From an uncultured Clostridia bacterium (GTDB lineage Bacteria > Bacillota > Clostridia > TANB77 > CAG-508), in contig CANQRS010000002.1 in the NCBI GenBank assembly GCA_947626295.1, forward strand, positions 1-43,230: a DNA stretch of 43,230 nucleotides. The letters run 5' to 3'. The position numbers and the translations under genes are program-made. Below, one piece after another: positions 16,899-26,645 of the stretch; position 1 is the stretch's first letter; every line of letters begins with the position of its first letter. The notes under the pieces were generated by a model. The model was given only the letters and a program-made list of their open reading frames with translations. It searched no databases and was not told the DNA's origin.

Positions 16899-18239
16899 AT
16901 GAAGAAGAAAAAAAGTTTTAAGATAAAATTGATAATATTTTTATTTGTAATATTGATGATATGTTTAATATATATAAAAGTTAAAGATTTTGTAAGTAAT
17001 AAAGATAGTACATCATTGCAAATGAGAGAAGTCTTTGAAAATGTAAGCAAAAGTGAATATGTAGATGTTACAAAATATATAGTTTATGGAACTCATTTTA
17101 ATATAGAAGGAACTGTGGAAATTCCAAAAATCTCTGAAATATCAATATCAAAAGCTAGTGTAATTATAAAAAATTTGAAAGGAGAAGAACAAATATTAGA
17201 ATCAGATTATAGCTATAAAAATGGAGTATTAGCATTTTCTACAATAGAGGAGATAAATACAGGGTTAGACTTAGAAAAATTAGAAATAGAACAATACTAC
17301 TTTTTATTAAAAGTTGTTTTTTCTAACAATGAAGAAAAATATTATTCGTTAGAAAATAAAACAGATTATAAAAATATTACATATTATACTGTAACCAAAA
17401 ATGAAAGTAATAATAAAATAGATATAGGCTTTAATACTTACGAAAACATACCCTTTATGCAAATTCAAGTATCAAAAGCAAGTGAACTTCCAAAAGATGT
17501 TTATGATATAGTAATAGACCCAGGACACGGAGGAAAAGATAGTGGAGCAATTAATGGAAAAAATAGTGAAGCAGATATAGTATTAAATGCAGCTATGATA
17601 TTAAAAAATAAGTTAGAAGCTTCAGGCTATAAAGTTCTTTTAACAAGAGATGAAAAATTACCTGAAGATACAAATACTGCTTATAATATGTATGATGATG
17701 ATGGAAGGATAACTATAATTAATGAAGCACATTCAAAAATATTAATATCATTGCATTTGAATAGTAACTCAGCTAAACTTTCGTCTGGTGGAGTAGAAGT
17801 ATATGCGCCATCAGAATGTAATTTAGATTTTGCTAAACTTTTAGCAAAAAATATTGTAAAAACGGCAAATACATCATATTCATCATTAACAGCATATAAA
17901 CAAGATGAAGGTGTGTATGTTAGGAACTTTACAAATGCTGATATTTTGTCATTTGAAAGTAGTGCTAAAAAAAGCGGATATAAACCTTATGAAATTACTA
18001 CATCTACACCATATTTATATGTAATTAGGGAAATTGGAGGAATTATAACAAATGCCTTTGTAGATGGAAGAAATAAAATATATAGTGCAAATAAGTATTG
18101 TAATTCAAATGTTGGTACGGAAGGATATTTAATAGAATTAGGATATATGAGTATAGATAAAGATTTGAAAAATATTACAAAGCATTCAGATTTGTATATG
18201 CAGGCTATTGTAAATAGTATAAAAGAAAAATTTAATTAA
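16899..18239 (+). CDS. N-acetylmuramoyl-L-alanine amidase (Amidase_3) with an N-terminal TM anchor and an uncharacterised domain of about 200 aa
   Basis: 'VIDPGHGGKDSGA', 'ISLHLNS', 'GVEVY' are Amidase_3 motifs. ATG 16899 follows AAGGAGGAGG. Confidence 0.8.
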   Translation: MKKKKSFKIKLIIFLFVILMICLIYIKVKDFVSNKDSTSLQMREVFENVSKSEYVDVTKYIVYGTHFNIEGTVEIPKISEISISKASVIIKNLKGEEQILESDYSYKNGVLAFSTIEEINTGLDLEKLEIEQYYFLLKVVFSNNEEKYYSLENKTDYKNITYYTVTKNESNNKIDIGFNTYENIPFMQIQVSKASELPKDVYDIVIDPGHGGKDSGAINGKNSEADIVLNAAMILKNKLEASGYKVLLTRDEKLPEDTNTAYNMYDDDGRITIINEAHSKILISLHLNSNSAKLSSGGVEVYAPSECNLDFAKLLAKNIVKTANTSYSSLTAYKQDEGVYVRNFTNADILSFESSAKKSGYKPYEITTSTPYLYVIREIGGIITNAFVDGRNKIYSANKYCNSNVGTEGYLIELGYMSIDKDLKNITKHSDLYMQAIVNSIKEKFN

Positions 18240-18254
18240 ATTTTAAAATAAGTA

Positions 18255-18283
18255 TTGACAATTTGAAAAAAAGGGTATAATAT
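18255..18283 (+). promoter_or_regulatory. groESL promoter
   Basis: TTGACA at 18255-18260. TATAAT/TAATAT boxes at 18276-18283. Lies immediately upstream of CIRCE. Confidence 0.5.
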
Positions 18284-18284
18284 A

Positions 18285-18311
18285 TTAGCAGTCGATAACA
18301 AAGAGTGCTAA
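18285..18311 (+). promoter_or_regulatory. CIRCE operator (HrcA binding site)
   Basis: TTAGCAGTC-N9-GAGTGCTAA matches the CIRCE consensus TTAGCACTC-N9-GAGTGCTAA with one mismatch. It lies directly upstream of groES. Confidence 0.9.
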
Positions 18312-18316
18312 AATAA

Positions 18317-18613
<297 letters not shown>

Positions 18614-18627
18614 ATAAAAAATAATAG

Positions 18628-20286
<1,659 letters not shown>

Positions 20287-20287
20287 T

Positions 20288-20331
20288 AAAATGAAACAAT
20301 TTGCAATATTTGCAAATTGTTTCATTTTTTA
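20288..20331 (+). terminator. Rho-independent terminator
   Basis: 18-nt arms aaatgaaacaatttgcaa (20288-20305) and ttgcaaattgtttcattt (20311-20328), followed by a T-run. Confidence 0.85.
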
Positions 20332-20352
20332 GGAAAAATTAGACAAAAAAGC

Positions 20353-20381
20353 TTGCATTTACATAAAAAATATGATACACT
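20353..20381 (+). promoter_or_regulatory. rpsB-tsf promoter (extended -10)
   Basis: TTGCAT (20353-20358), 17 nt, TACACT (20376-20381), preceded by TGa. Confidence 0.5.
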
Positions 20382-20487
20382 ATTATCTGTTAAAAAAACA
20401 CATAAAGGGAGTATATTAAGTAGTGCCATATAAGGTCTTGATATACAAAGAACTTTATGGACGAAAAACAAAAAGGAGGAATAAAAA

Positions 20488-21282
20488 ATGGCAGTAGTTG
20501 CAATGAAACAATTACTAGAAGCAGGTGTTCATTTCGGACATCAAACAAGAAGATGGGACCCAAAAATGGCGGAATATATATTCCAAGCTAGAAATGGGAT
20601 TCACATTATCGATTTACAAAAAACATCAAAAAAGATTGATGAGGCTTATGAATTTTTAAGAAGTCAAGCAGAAGAAGGAAAGAAAGTTCTATTTGTAGGT
20701 ACAAAGAAACAAGCGCAAGAATGTATAAAAGAAGCAGCAGAAAGATGTGGTATGTACTATGTAGACCAAAGATGGTTAGGTGGAATGCTTACAAACTTTG
20801 GAACAATTAGAAAAAGGATTCAAAGACTAAAAGATATTGAAGCAATGCAAGAAGATGGAACTTTTGATGTATTACCTAAAAAAGAGGTAATTAATCTAAA
20901 AAAAGAATTAGAAAAATTAGAAGCAAATTTAGGTGGAATTAAAGAAATGGAAAAAATTCCAGAAGTTCTATTTATAGTAGACCCTAAAAAAGAATCAAAT
21001 GCAATAAAAGAAGCACAAAAATTAAATATTCCTGTAGTAGGAATAGTAGATACAAATTGTAATCCAGAAGTTTTAGATTATCCAATTCCTGGAAATGATG
21101 ATGCAATAAGGTCTGTAAAATTAATTACTGATGTTATGGCAAATGCAATCATAGAAGGAAATCAAGGAGAAAGCTTTGAAATAAAAAATGAAGAAGAAAC
21201 AATGGAAAGCATTATAGAAAATGCTGAAACAGAAGCTGAAACTATGGAAGAAGTAGTTGCAAGCGAAGAAGAAGAAAAATAA
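20488..21282 (+). CDS. rpsB: 30S ribosomal protein S2
   Basis: '[22 protein letters not shown]', 'WLGGMLTNF'. Confidence 0.95.
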   Translation: MAVVAMKQLLEAGVHFGHQTRRWDPKMAEYIFQARNGIHIIDLQKTSKKIDEAYEFLRSQAEEGKKVLFVGTKKQAQECIKEAAERCGMYYVDQRWLGGMLTNFGTIRKRIQRLKDIEAMQEDGTFDVLPKKEVINLKKELEKLEANLGGIKEMEKIPEVLFIVDPKKESNAIKEAQKLNIPVVGIVDTNCNPEVLDYPIPGNDDAIRSVKLITDVMANAIIEGNQGESFEIKNEEETMESIIENAETEAETMEEVVASEEEEK

Positions 21283-21328
21283 AAAAATATTAAATATGTA
21301 TTTTATTATTTGTAAGGAGGAAAATAAA

Positions 21329-22213
21329 ATGATAACAGCAACAATGGTAAAAGATTTAAGAGAGAGAACAGGTGCCGGAATGATGGACTGCAAAAAAGCA
21401 TTAACTGAGACAAATGGAGATATGGAAAAAGCAATAGAATATCTTCGTGAAAAAGGAATAACAAAGGCAGCAAAAAAATCAAGCAGAGTAGCAGCCGAAG
21501 GGTTAGTATTAGCATATATATCAGAAAATCAAAAAGCAGGAGCATTAGTTGAAGTTAATTCAGAAACAGATTTTGTTGCTAAAAATGATGAATTTAGAAA
21601 ATTTGTTGAAACTTTAGCAAAACAAGTTGTAATGAATAATCCAAAAGATGTAGAAGCTTTAATGGAGCAAGAATCAATAGAAGAAGCAGGAAAAAAAGTT
21701 TCAGAAGTATTAATAGAAAAAGTTGCAAAAATCGGAGAAAATATGAACATTCGTAGATTTGTAAGATTTGAAACAACAGATGGAATAATTTCAAATTATA
21801 TACACGGAGATGGAAAAATAGCAGTTTTAGTAAATATGAAAAATGCAGATAATGAATTAGCAAAAGATATATGTATGCAAATAGCTGCTGCAAAGCCAGA
21901 ATTTTTAGACGAAAAATCTGTACCAGCTGAAAGACTAGACAAAGAAATGGAAATTTTAAAAGCTCAAGCAATGAACGAAGGAAAGCCAGAAGCAATAGCA
22001 GAAAAGATAGTTCAAGGAAGAATTGGAAAATTCTATAGTGAAATTTGTTTAGTTGACCAAGAATTTGTAAAAAATCCAGATATGAAGGTATCAGATTTAT
22101 TAAAAACAAAAAATGCTGAAATTATAGAATTTGCAAGATTTGAAAAAGGTGAAGGTATAGAAAAGAAAGAAGAAAATTTTGCAGAAGAAGTTATGAAACA
22201 AGTAAATAATTAA
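21329..22213 (+). CDS. tsf: Elongation factor Ts
   Basis: '[24 protein letters not shown]'. ATG 21329 follows AAGGAGG. The track start at 21257 overlaps the rpsB end. Confidence 0.95.
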   Translation: MITATMVKDLRERTGAGMMDCKKALTETNGDMEKAIEYLREKGITKAAKKSSRVAAEGLVLAYISENQKAGALVEVNSETDFVAKNDEFRKFVETLAKQVVMNNPKDVEALMEQESIEEAGKKVSEVLIEKVAKIGENMNIRRFVRFETTDGIISNYIHGDGKIAVLVNMKNADNELAKDICMQIAAAKPEFLDEKSVPAERLDKEMEILKAQAMNEGKPEAIAEKIVQGRIGKFYSEICLVDQEFVKNPDMKVSDLLKTKNAEIIEFARFEKGEGIEKKEENFAEEVMKQVNN

Positions 22214-22223
22214 CATTTTACTT

Positions 22224-22271
22224 CAGTAATAGTCATATAATTAAGTAAGACTATTACTGGAGGTTTTTATT
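22224..22271 (+). terminator. Rho-independent terminator after tsf
   Basis: cagtaatagtc (22224-22234) pairs with gactattactg (22249-22259), then gaggtttttatttt. Confidence 0.7.
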
Positions 22272-22457
22272 TTGAAAAATTTATTTTTAGTTGTAAACAA
22301 AGAAAAAATATATGCTTATGTAGTATCTATATTAACTATAGTTACATTATTTTTTATGTCAAGTATGATGAATGCAAATTTAGATGAAACAGAAAGTACA
22401 TCAACAAATAGTGTAGAGAATCATATTGAAAATGAATTAAATAATAATACTATATAA
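22272..22457 (+). CDS. Hypothetical 61-aa single-TM protein (TTG start)
   Basis: GGAGG lies 9 nt upstream of TTG. There is one hydrophobic helix (YAYVVSILTIVTLFFMSSMM) and a polar tail. No recognisable family. Confidence 0.35.
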   Translation: MKNLFLVVNKEKIYAYVVSILTIVTLFFMSSMMNANLDETESTSTNSVENHIENELNNNTI

Positions 22458-22523
22458 ACAATTCACACTTTTAGAAATAAATTCATAATATATACAAATA
22501 AACTACAAAAGGAGAAAAAAATT

Positions 22524-23000
22524 ATGAATTTATTAATATATTTTGCACTACCACTTGCGACAATCCTCTTGGCTATAGTATTACAAAAAATATTAAGAAG
22601 TCCAATATTAGTAAGTATTACATTTTTTGCAATATATCTTATAGTAGCATTTGCTGCTTTTTCAGATGATTTGGCACCAGCGTTAGTAGCAACAATAATT
22701 TACTCATTATTAGCATTTATAACAGCTTATATAGTATCATCAATATCTAGCTTACGAAGATGTATAAGAAATATAATTTGTAACAATAATGATAATAACA
22801 ACAATAATAATGAAGAAGGTTGTTGTAATAGAGAAAATAATGCAATTTCTACTAATGATTTACCTCTAATAAATACAGATAATTTTTCTACAGAAAATTC
22901 GGCACCAGGAGGAAATGTGGCTGTTACCGCAAATTTTATTCCATATAAAAATAATAATTATGGCACAGGCTTCGTAAGAGGTTGTCATAGAAGATTATAA
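22524..23000 (+). CDS. Hypothetical membrane protein (3 TM) with an Asn-run and a Cys-rich C-terminal tail
   Basis: RBS AAGGAGA. Three hydrophobic helices, then 'RRCIRNIICNNNDNNNNNNEEGCCNRENN...RGCHRRL'. Confidence 0.6.
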   Translation: MNLLIYFALPLATILLAIVLQKILRSPILVSITFFAIYLIVAFAAFSDDLAPALVATIIYSLLAFITAYIVSSISSLRRCIRNIICNNNDNNNNNNEEGCCNRENNAISTNDLPLINTDNFSTENSAPGGNVAVTANFIPYKNNNYGTGFVRGCHRRL

Positions 23001-23007
23001 ACATAAC

Positions 23008-23044
23008 AAAAAAGTAAATTGCATTATATACAATTTACTTTTTT
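23008..23044. terminator. Bidirectional terminator between convergent genes
   Basis: aaaaaagtaaattg (23008-23021) pairs with caatttactttttt (23031-23044). Confidence 0.7.
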
Positions 23045-23053
23045 AATAATAAT

Positions 23054-23965
23054 TTATTTTTTTGAATCACCTTTTTTGGCAACTTCAGTCATAGCCCCTA
23101 GACTTCCTAAAGCAGATGTAGCATCAAAAGGAATAAATACTTTATTTGCATCACCATTTGCAATTTCTTTAAGAGCTTCTAATGATTTTAATTGAACCAA
23201 TTTATCATCTGGGTTTGAACTCATTATAGATTGATAAACCATTTCAATTTCTTTAGCTCTAGCTTCTGCAACTTCTTTTATAGCTTGAGCCTCACCGGCA
23301 GCACGTCTAATTTTAGCTTCTTTATCAGCTTCAGCTTCAAGAATAGAAGCTTGTTTTTTACCTTCTGCAACAGTGATATCAGCTTGCTTTTTAGCCTCAG
23401 CTTCAAGAATTAATGCCCTCTTATTACGTTCAGCATTCATTTGTTTTTCCATCGCATCTCTTATATCAGCTGGTGGATTGATATCTTTTATTTCAACTCT
23501 ATTAATTTTGCATCCCCATTTATCTGTTGCTTCATCAAGAATTGAACATAATTGGTAGTTAATAGAATCACGAGAACCAAATGTTTCGTCTAAATCCATT
23601 TTACCAACGATATCACGAATAGTTGTGATTGCTAAATATTCAATACCTTTTTTCAAATTTTGAATTTCATATACTGCTTTTACTGGGTCTGTAATTTGAT
23701 AAAATACAACTGTATCAATGTTAATTGTAACATTGTCTTTTGTTATAACACCTTGAGGTGGTATATCCATTGTTTGTTCTTTTAATAGAACTACAGAACT
23801 AACTCTGTCAAAAAATGGAACAATTATTGTAAGACCAGCATCAGCTACTTTTTGGAATTTTCCTAATCTCTCAATAATATATACTTCAGATTGATTTACT
23901 ACTTTGATAGATGCTACTGCTATTATTACAATAATAATAAGTAAAACTATTAAAAATCCTGTCAT
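23054..23965 (-). CDS. SPFH/Band-7 (stomatin-like) membrane protein
   Basis: N-terminal TM. 'VVNQSEVYIIERLGKF', 'QGVITKDNVTINIDTVVFYQI', 'EIKDINPP', and an Ala/Glu/Lys coiled-coil. Confidence 0.85.
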   Translation of the reverse strand: MTGFLIVLLIIIVIIAVASIKVVNQSEVYIIERLGKFQKVADAGLTIIVPFFDRVSSVVLLKEQTMDIPPQGVITKDNVTINIDTVVFYQITDPVKAVYEIQNLKKGIEYLAITTIRDIVGKMDLDETFGSRDSINYQLCSILDEATDKWGCKINRVEIKDINPPADIRDAMEKQMNAERNKRALILEAEAKKQADITVAEGKKQASILEAEADKEAKIRRAAGEAQAIKEVAEARAKEIEMVYQSIMSSNPDDKLVQLKSLEALKEIANGDANKVFIPFDATSALGSLGAMTEVAKKGDSKK

Positions 23966-23998
23966 AATTTATTCCTCCTTATAAAAAAATCTAATTAT

Positions 23999-24027
23999 AT
24001 TATACCATATATTGGCTGATTTTTCAA
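23999..24027 (-). promoter_or_regulatory. Promoter of the SPFH gene
   Basis: The minus strand reads TTGAAA, 17 nt, TATAAT, preceded by TGg (extended -10). Confidence 0.5.
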
Positions 24028-24068
24028 TGATTTCAAGCAAAAAACATTGAAATATGAAGGAATAATAA

Positions 24069-24110
24069 AAAAAATACTTCACAAATGGAAAAATATGTGA
24101 TAAAATAAAA
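24069..24110 (+). repeat. Direct repeat copy 1 (degenerate copy of the rho promoter)
   Basis: aaaaaatACTTCACAAATGGAAAAATATGTGATAaaataaaa. A 27-nt perfect match (24076-24102 = 25107-25133) sits within a segment of about 42 nt that is similar to 25100-25141. Confidence 0.85.
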
Positions 24111-24140
24111 ATCGAGACTAAAGAAAATTAATACGACTAT

Positions 24141-24185
24141 TTGATATTATGTAAATTATATGATATAATTATTGTAAATATTACA
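24141..24185 (+). promoter_or_regulatory. Promoter of the TA cassette plus a candidate operator
   Basis: TTGATA (24141-24146), 17 nt, TATAAT (24164-24169) with TGa. Inverted repeat TGTAA-ata-TTACA at 24173-24185. TGTAAAT occurs twice. Confidence 0.5.
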
Positions 24186-24211
24186 TATAATAAGATTAGG
24201 AGATGATAGAT

Positions 24212-24391
24212 ATGGCAACAAAGAGTTTTTTGAAAAATATAACTATCAAAAACAAAAAATCAGCAGACAACTTTTTAGCGGCATTAGAAAATGCAGAAAA
24301 AAAACAGGCCAAGAAGGTAGTGCTTGACAAAAGAGTTGAAGAAATAAAAGATAATGAAACAATTAAAAGGATGTTTAAAAAGAAGGAATAA
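24212..24391 (+). CDS. Small Lys-rich protein, putative antitoxin of the adjacent GNAT toxin
   Basis: 59 aa. Its stop overlaps the next ATG (TAATG at 24389-24393). AGGAG lies 9 nt upstream of ATG 24212. Confidence 0.5.
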   Translation: MATKSFLKNITIKNKKSADNFLAALENAEKKQAKKVVLDKRVEEIKDNETIKRMFKKKE

Positions 24392-25012
24392 TGGCGTATA
24401 AAATAGTAAATTTAATAGATATTTACAATAATATAGGAATAGACGAAACTAATGAATTGTTAAAAACATATAAATGTGAGCTAAATAAAGATGTAGAATA
24501 TTTTTTGCAACAACAAGCAATACCATTTTCTAAACAAGATATTTCAAGAACATTTTTAGTTGTAACAACATATCAACAAGAGAATGTAATCGTAGGATAT
24601 TTTGCAATATCAAATAAAACTACTATTATAAAAAAAGAGATGTTTAAAAGCCAAACTAAGAAAAAAAGGATTGCAAAATATGCAAAATACAATGAAGAAA
24701 ATAAGGGATATATATTAGCTTTACCATTAATAGGTCAATTAGGTAAAAATTATAATAATGGGTACAATGAACTAATTAGTGGAGATGTTTTGTTGAAATT
24801 GGCGTTAAATAAAATAAAGGAAATACAAAATAATATAGGACGGAAGATATGTGTTTTTAGAATGCGAAGATAAAGCTAAACTGAAAGAATTCTACGAAAG
24901 TAATGGATTTGTATGTTTTGGGAAAAGAAATCTGGAAAAAGATGAACGAGATAAAAATGAAGGACAATATTTACTGCAAATGTTACGAGACTTAAGTAAT
25001 TATGAAATTTAA
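24391..25012 (+). pseudogene. TacT/AtaT-like GNAT acetyltransferase toxin, interrupted by a 1-nt frameshift near 24841
   Basis: Frame 0 gives '...YKCELNKDVEYFLQQQAIPFSKQDISRTFLVV...VIVGYFAISN...LIGQLGKN...NNIGRKICVFRMRR*'. The +1 frame from 24842 continues 'GRYVFLECEDKAKLKEFYESNGFVCFGKR...YLLQMLRDL*' to 25012, which is a typical GNAT C-terminus. Confidence 0.65.
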
Positions 25013-25017
25013 TATAT

Positions 25018-25043
25018 AAAAGCCTTGACTTTTAAGGCTTTTT
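25018..25043 (+). terminator. Rho-independent terminator after the TA cassette
   Basis: aaaagcctt (25018-25026) pairs with aaggctttt (25034-25042), followed by a T-run. Confidence 0.75.
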
Positions 25044-25099
25044 CGTATGTTATAAAATATTTATATATAAAAATAATATATACAAAATAATTGTTTTGT

Positions 25100-25141
25100 A
25101 AAAAACACTTCACAAATGGAAAAATATGTGATATAATATAT
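25100..25141 (+). repeat. Direct repeat copy 2, which is the functional-looking rho promoter
   Basis: TTCACA (25109-25114), 17 nt, TATAAT (25132-25137) with an upstream TGa. A 27-nt perfect match to 24076-24102. Confidence 0.85.
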
Positions 25142-25228
25142 AACGCAAGAATTATTCAAAGTATTTTTTCTAAAAAATCCCACAAATAAAAAATTTAATA
25201 TAATTAAGAAATGAGAAGGAGGCTTTTT

Positions 25229-26608
25229 ATGTCTAAATTAGAAGAAATGACACTAATAGAGTTAAAAAAACTAGCTAAAGAAAACAATATAAGGAACATT
25301 TCAAAATTAAAAAAGGAAGAGTTAATAAGCATTTTAGAACAAATACACGGGACAGGAGAACAAGCAACAAATACAATAAGAAATTCTTTTGAAGAAGAAA
25401 AAGCAAGAAAATATGATGCAGCAGATGATGAGGCAGATGAAGAATTAGAAGTAGAAGAATCAGTAATATCATATCAAGTAAATAATGAAGAAGATGAAAT
25501 AATAGAAGGAATATTAGAAGTATTACCAGATGGGTACGGATTTTTAAGAGGTGAAAACTTTCTTTCAACTCCAAAAGACGTATATATATCACCAATCCAA
25601 ATAAGGAGATTTAAGTTAGAAACAGGAGATTTGGTAAAAGGTATTTCAAGATGCAAGGAAGGAGAAAAATTCCCATCATTAATATTTGTTGGAGAAGTTA
25701 ATGGGGAACACCCAGAAAAGGCAATAAAGAGAAAAAGATTTGATGAATTAACACCAATATATCCAAACGAAAGATTAAGGCTAGAAACTACATCAAATCA
25801 TTATGCAACAAGAATTATAGACTTGATTTCTCCAATAGGTAAAGGACAAAGAGGTCAGATTGTTGCTCAACCTAAAGTTGGAAAAACAACATTATTAAAG
25901 GAAATAGCAAATAGCATTTCTGCAAATAATCCAGAATGTGAATTAATAGTATTATTAATTGACGAAAGACCAGAAGAAGTAACTGATATGCAACGTTCTA
26001 TAAAGGGAAAAGTAATATATTCAACATTTGATGAATTACCAGACCATCACGTAAAAGTAGCTGAAATGGTAATAGAAAGAGCAAAGAGATTAGTTGAACA
26101 AGGAAAAGATGTTGTAATATTGTTAGATAGCATTACAAGATTAACGAGAGCATATAATTTAACAATACCATCATCAGGAAGAACTTTATCTGGAGGTATA
26201 GACCCAGCTTCATTACATAAACCTAAGAAATTCTTTGGAGCAGCAAGAAATATAGAATTTGGTGGAAGCTTGACAATATTAGCAACATCTTTAGTGGATA
26301 CAGGTAGTAGAATGGACGATGTTATATTTGAAGAATTTAAAGGGACAGGCAATATGGAGGTTCATCTTGATAGAAAACTTTCAGAAAAACGTATTTTTCC
26401 TGCAATTGATATTAATAAATCTGGAACAAGAAGAGAGGATTTATTGCTTTCTAAAAAAGAACTTGAAACAGTATATGCTATTAGAAAAGCGATGAACAAT
26501 TTACCTGTGGCAGATGTTACAGAACAAATTATTAGTGAAATGACTAAATCTAAAAGCAATGAAGAATTTTTAGACAAAATGGATTTGTATTTAAGTAGAT
26601 ATAAATAA
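25229..26608 (+). CDS. rho: Transcription termination factor Rho
   Basis: Rho_N '[13 protein letters not shown]', 'LPDGYGFLR', Walker A 'PKVGKTTLL', '[13 protein letters not shown]'. ATG 25229 follows GAAGGAGG. Confidence 0.95.
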   Translation: MSKLEEMTLIELKKLAKENNIRNISKLKKEELISILEQIHGTGEQATNTIRNSFEEEKARKYDAADDEADEELEVEESVISYQVNNEEDEIIEGILEVLPDGYGFLRGENFLSTPKDVYISPIQIRRFKLETGDLVKGISRCKEGEKFPSLIFVGEVNGEHPEKAIKRKRFDELTPIYPNERLRLETTSNHYATRIIDLISPIGKGQRGQIVAQPKVGKTTLLKEIANSISANNPECELIVLLIDERPEEVTDMQRSIKGKVIYSTFDELPDHHVKVAEMVIERAKRLVEQGKDVVILLDSITRLTRAYNLTIPSSGRTLSGGIDPASLHKPKKFFGAARNIEFGGSLTILATSLVDTGSRMDDVIFEEFKGTGNMEVHLDRKLSEKRIFPAIDINKSGTRREDLLLSKKELETVYAIRKAMNNLPVADVTEQIISEMTKSKSNEEFLDKMDLYLSRYK

Positions 26609-26614
26609 AACAAT

Positions 26615-26644
26615 AAAAAAACAACTTCGTGAAGTTGTTTTTTT
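26615..26644. terminator. Bidirectional terminator (rho / flippase)
   Basis: aaaaaaacaacttc ... gaagttgttttttt palindrome. Confidence 0.75.
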
Positions 26645-26645
26645 G

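Noticed and set aside
20382-20487. Hairpin in the rpsB leader (gtgccatataaggtc ... gaactttatggac) as a possible S2 autoregulatory structure.
   Set aside because: The pairing is short and imperfect, and I cannot show covariation from a single sequence. Noted only as a possible leader.
23054-23965. The SPFH/stomatin gene as part of a defence or NfeD-paired system.
   Set aside because: It is monocistronic, with its own promoter and terminator. There is no NfeD-like or effector gene on either side, and the sequence looks like a housekeeping stomatin homologue.
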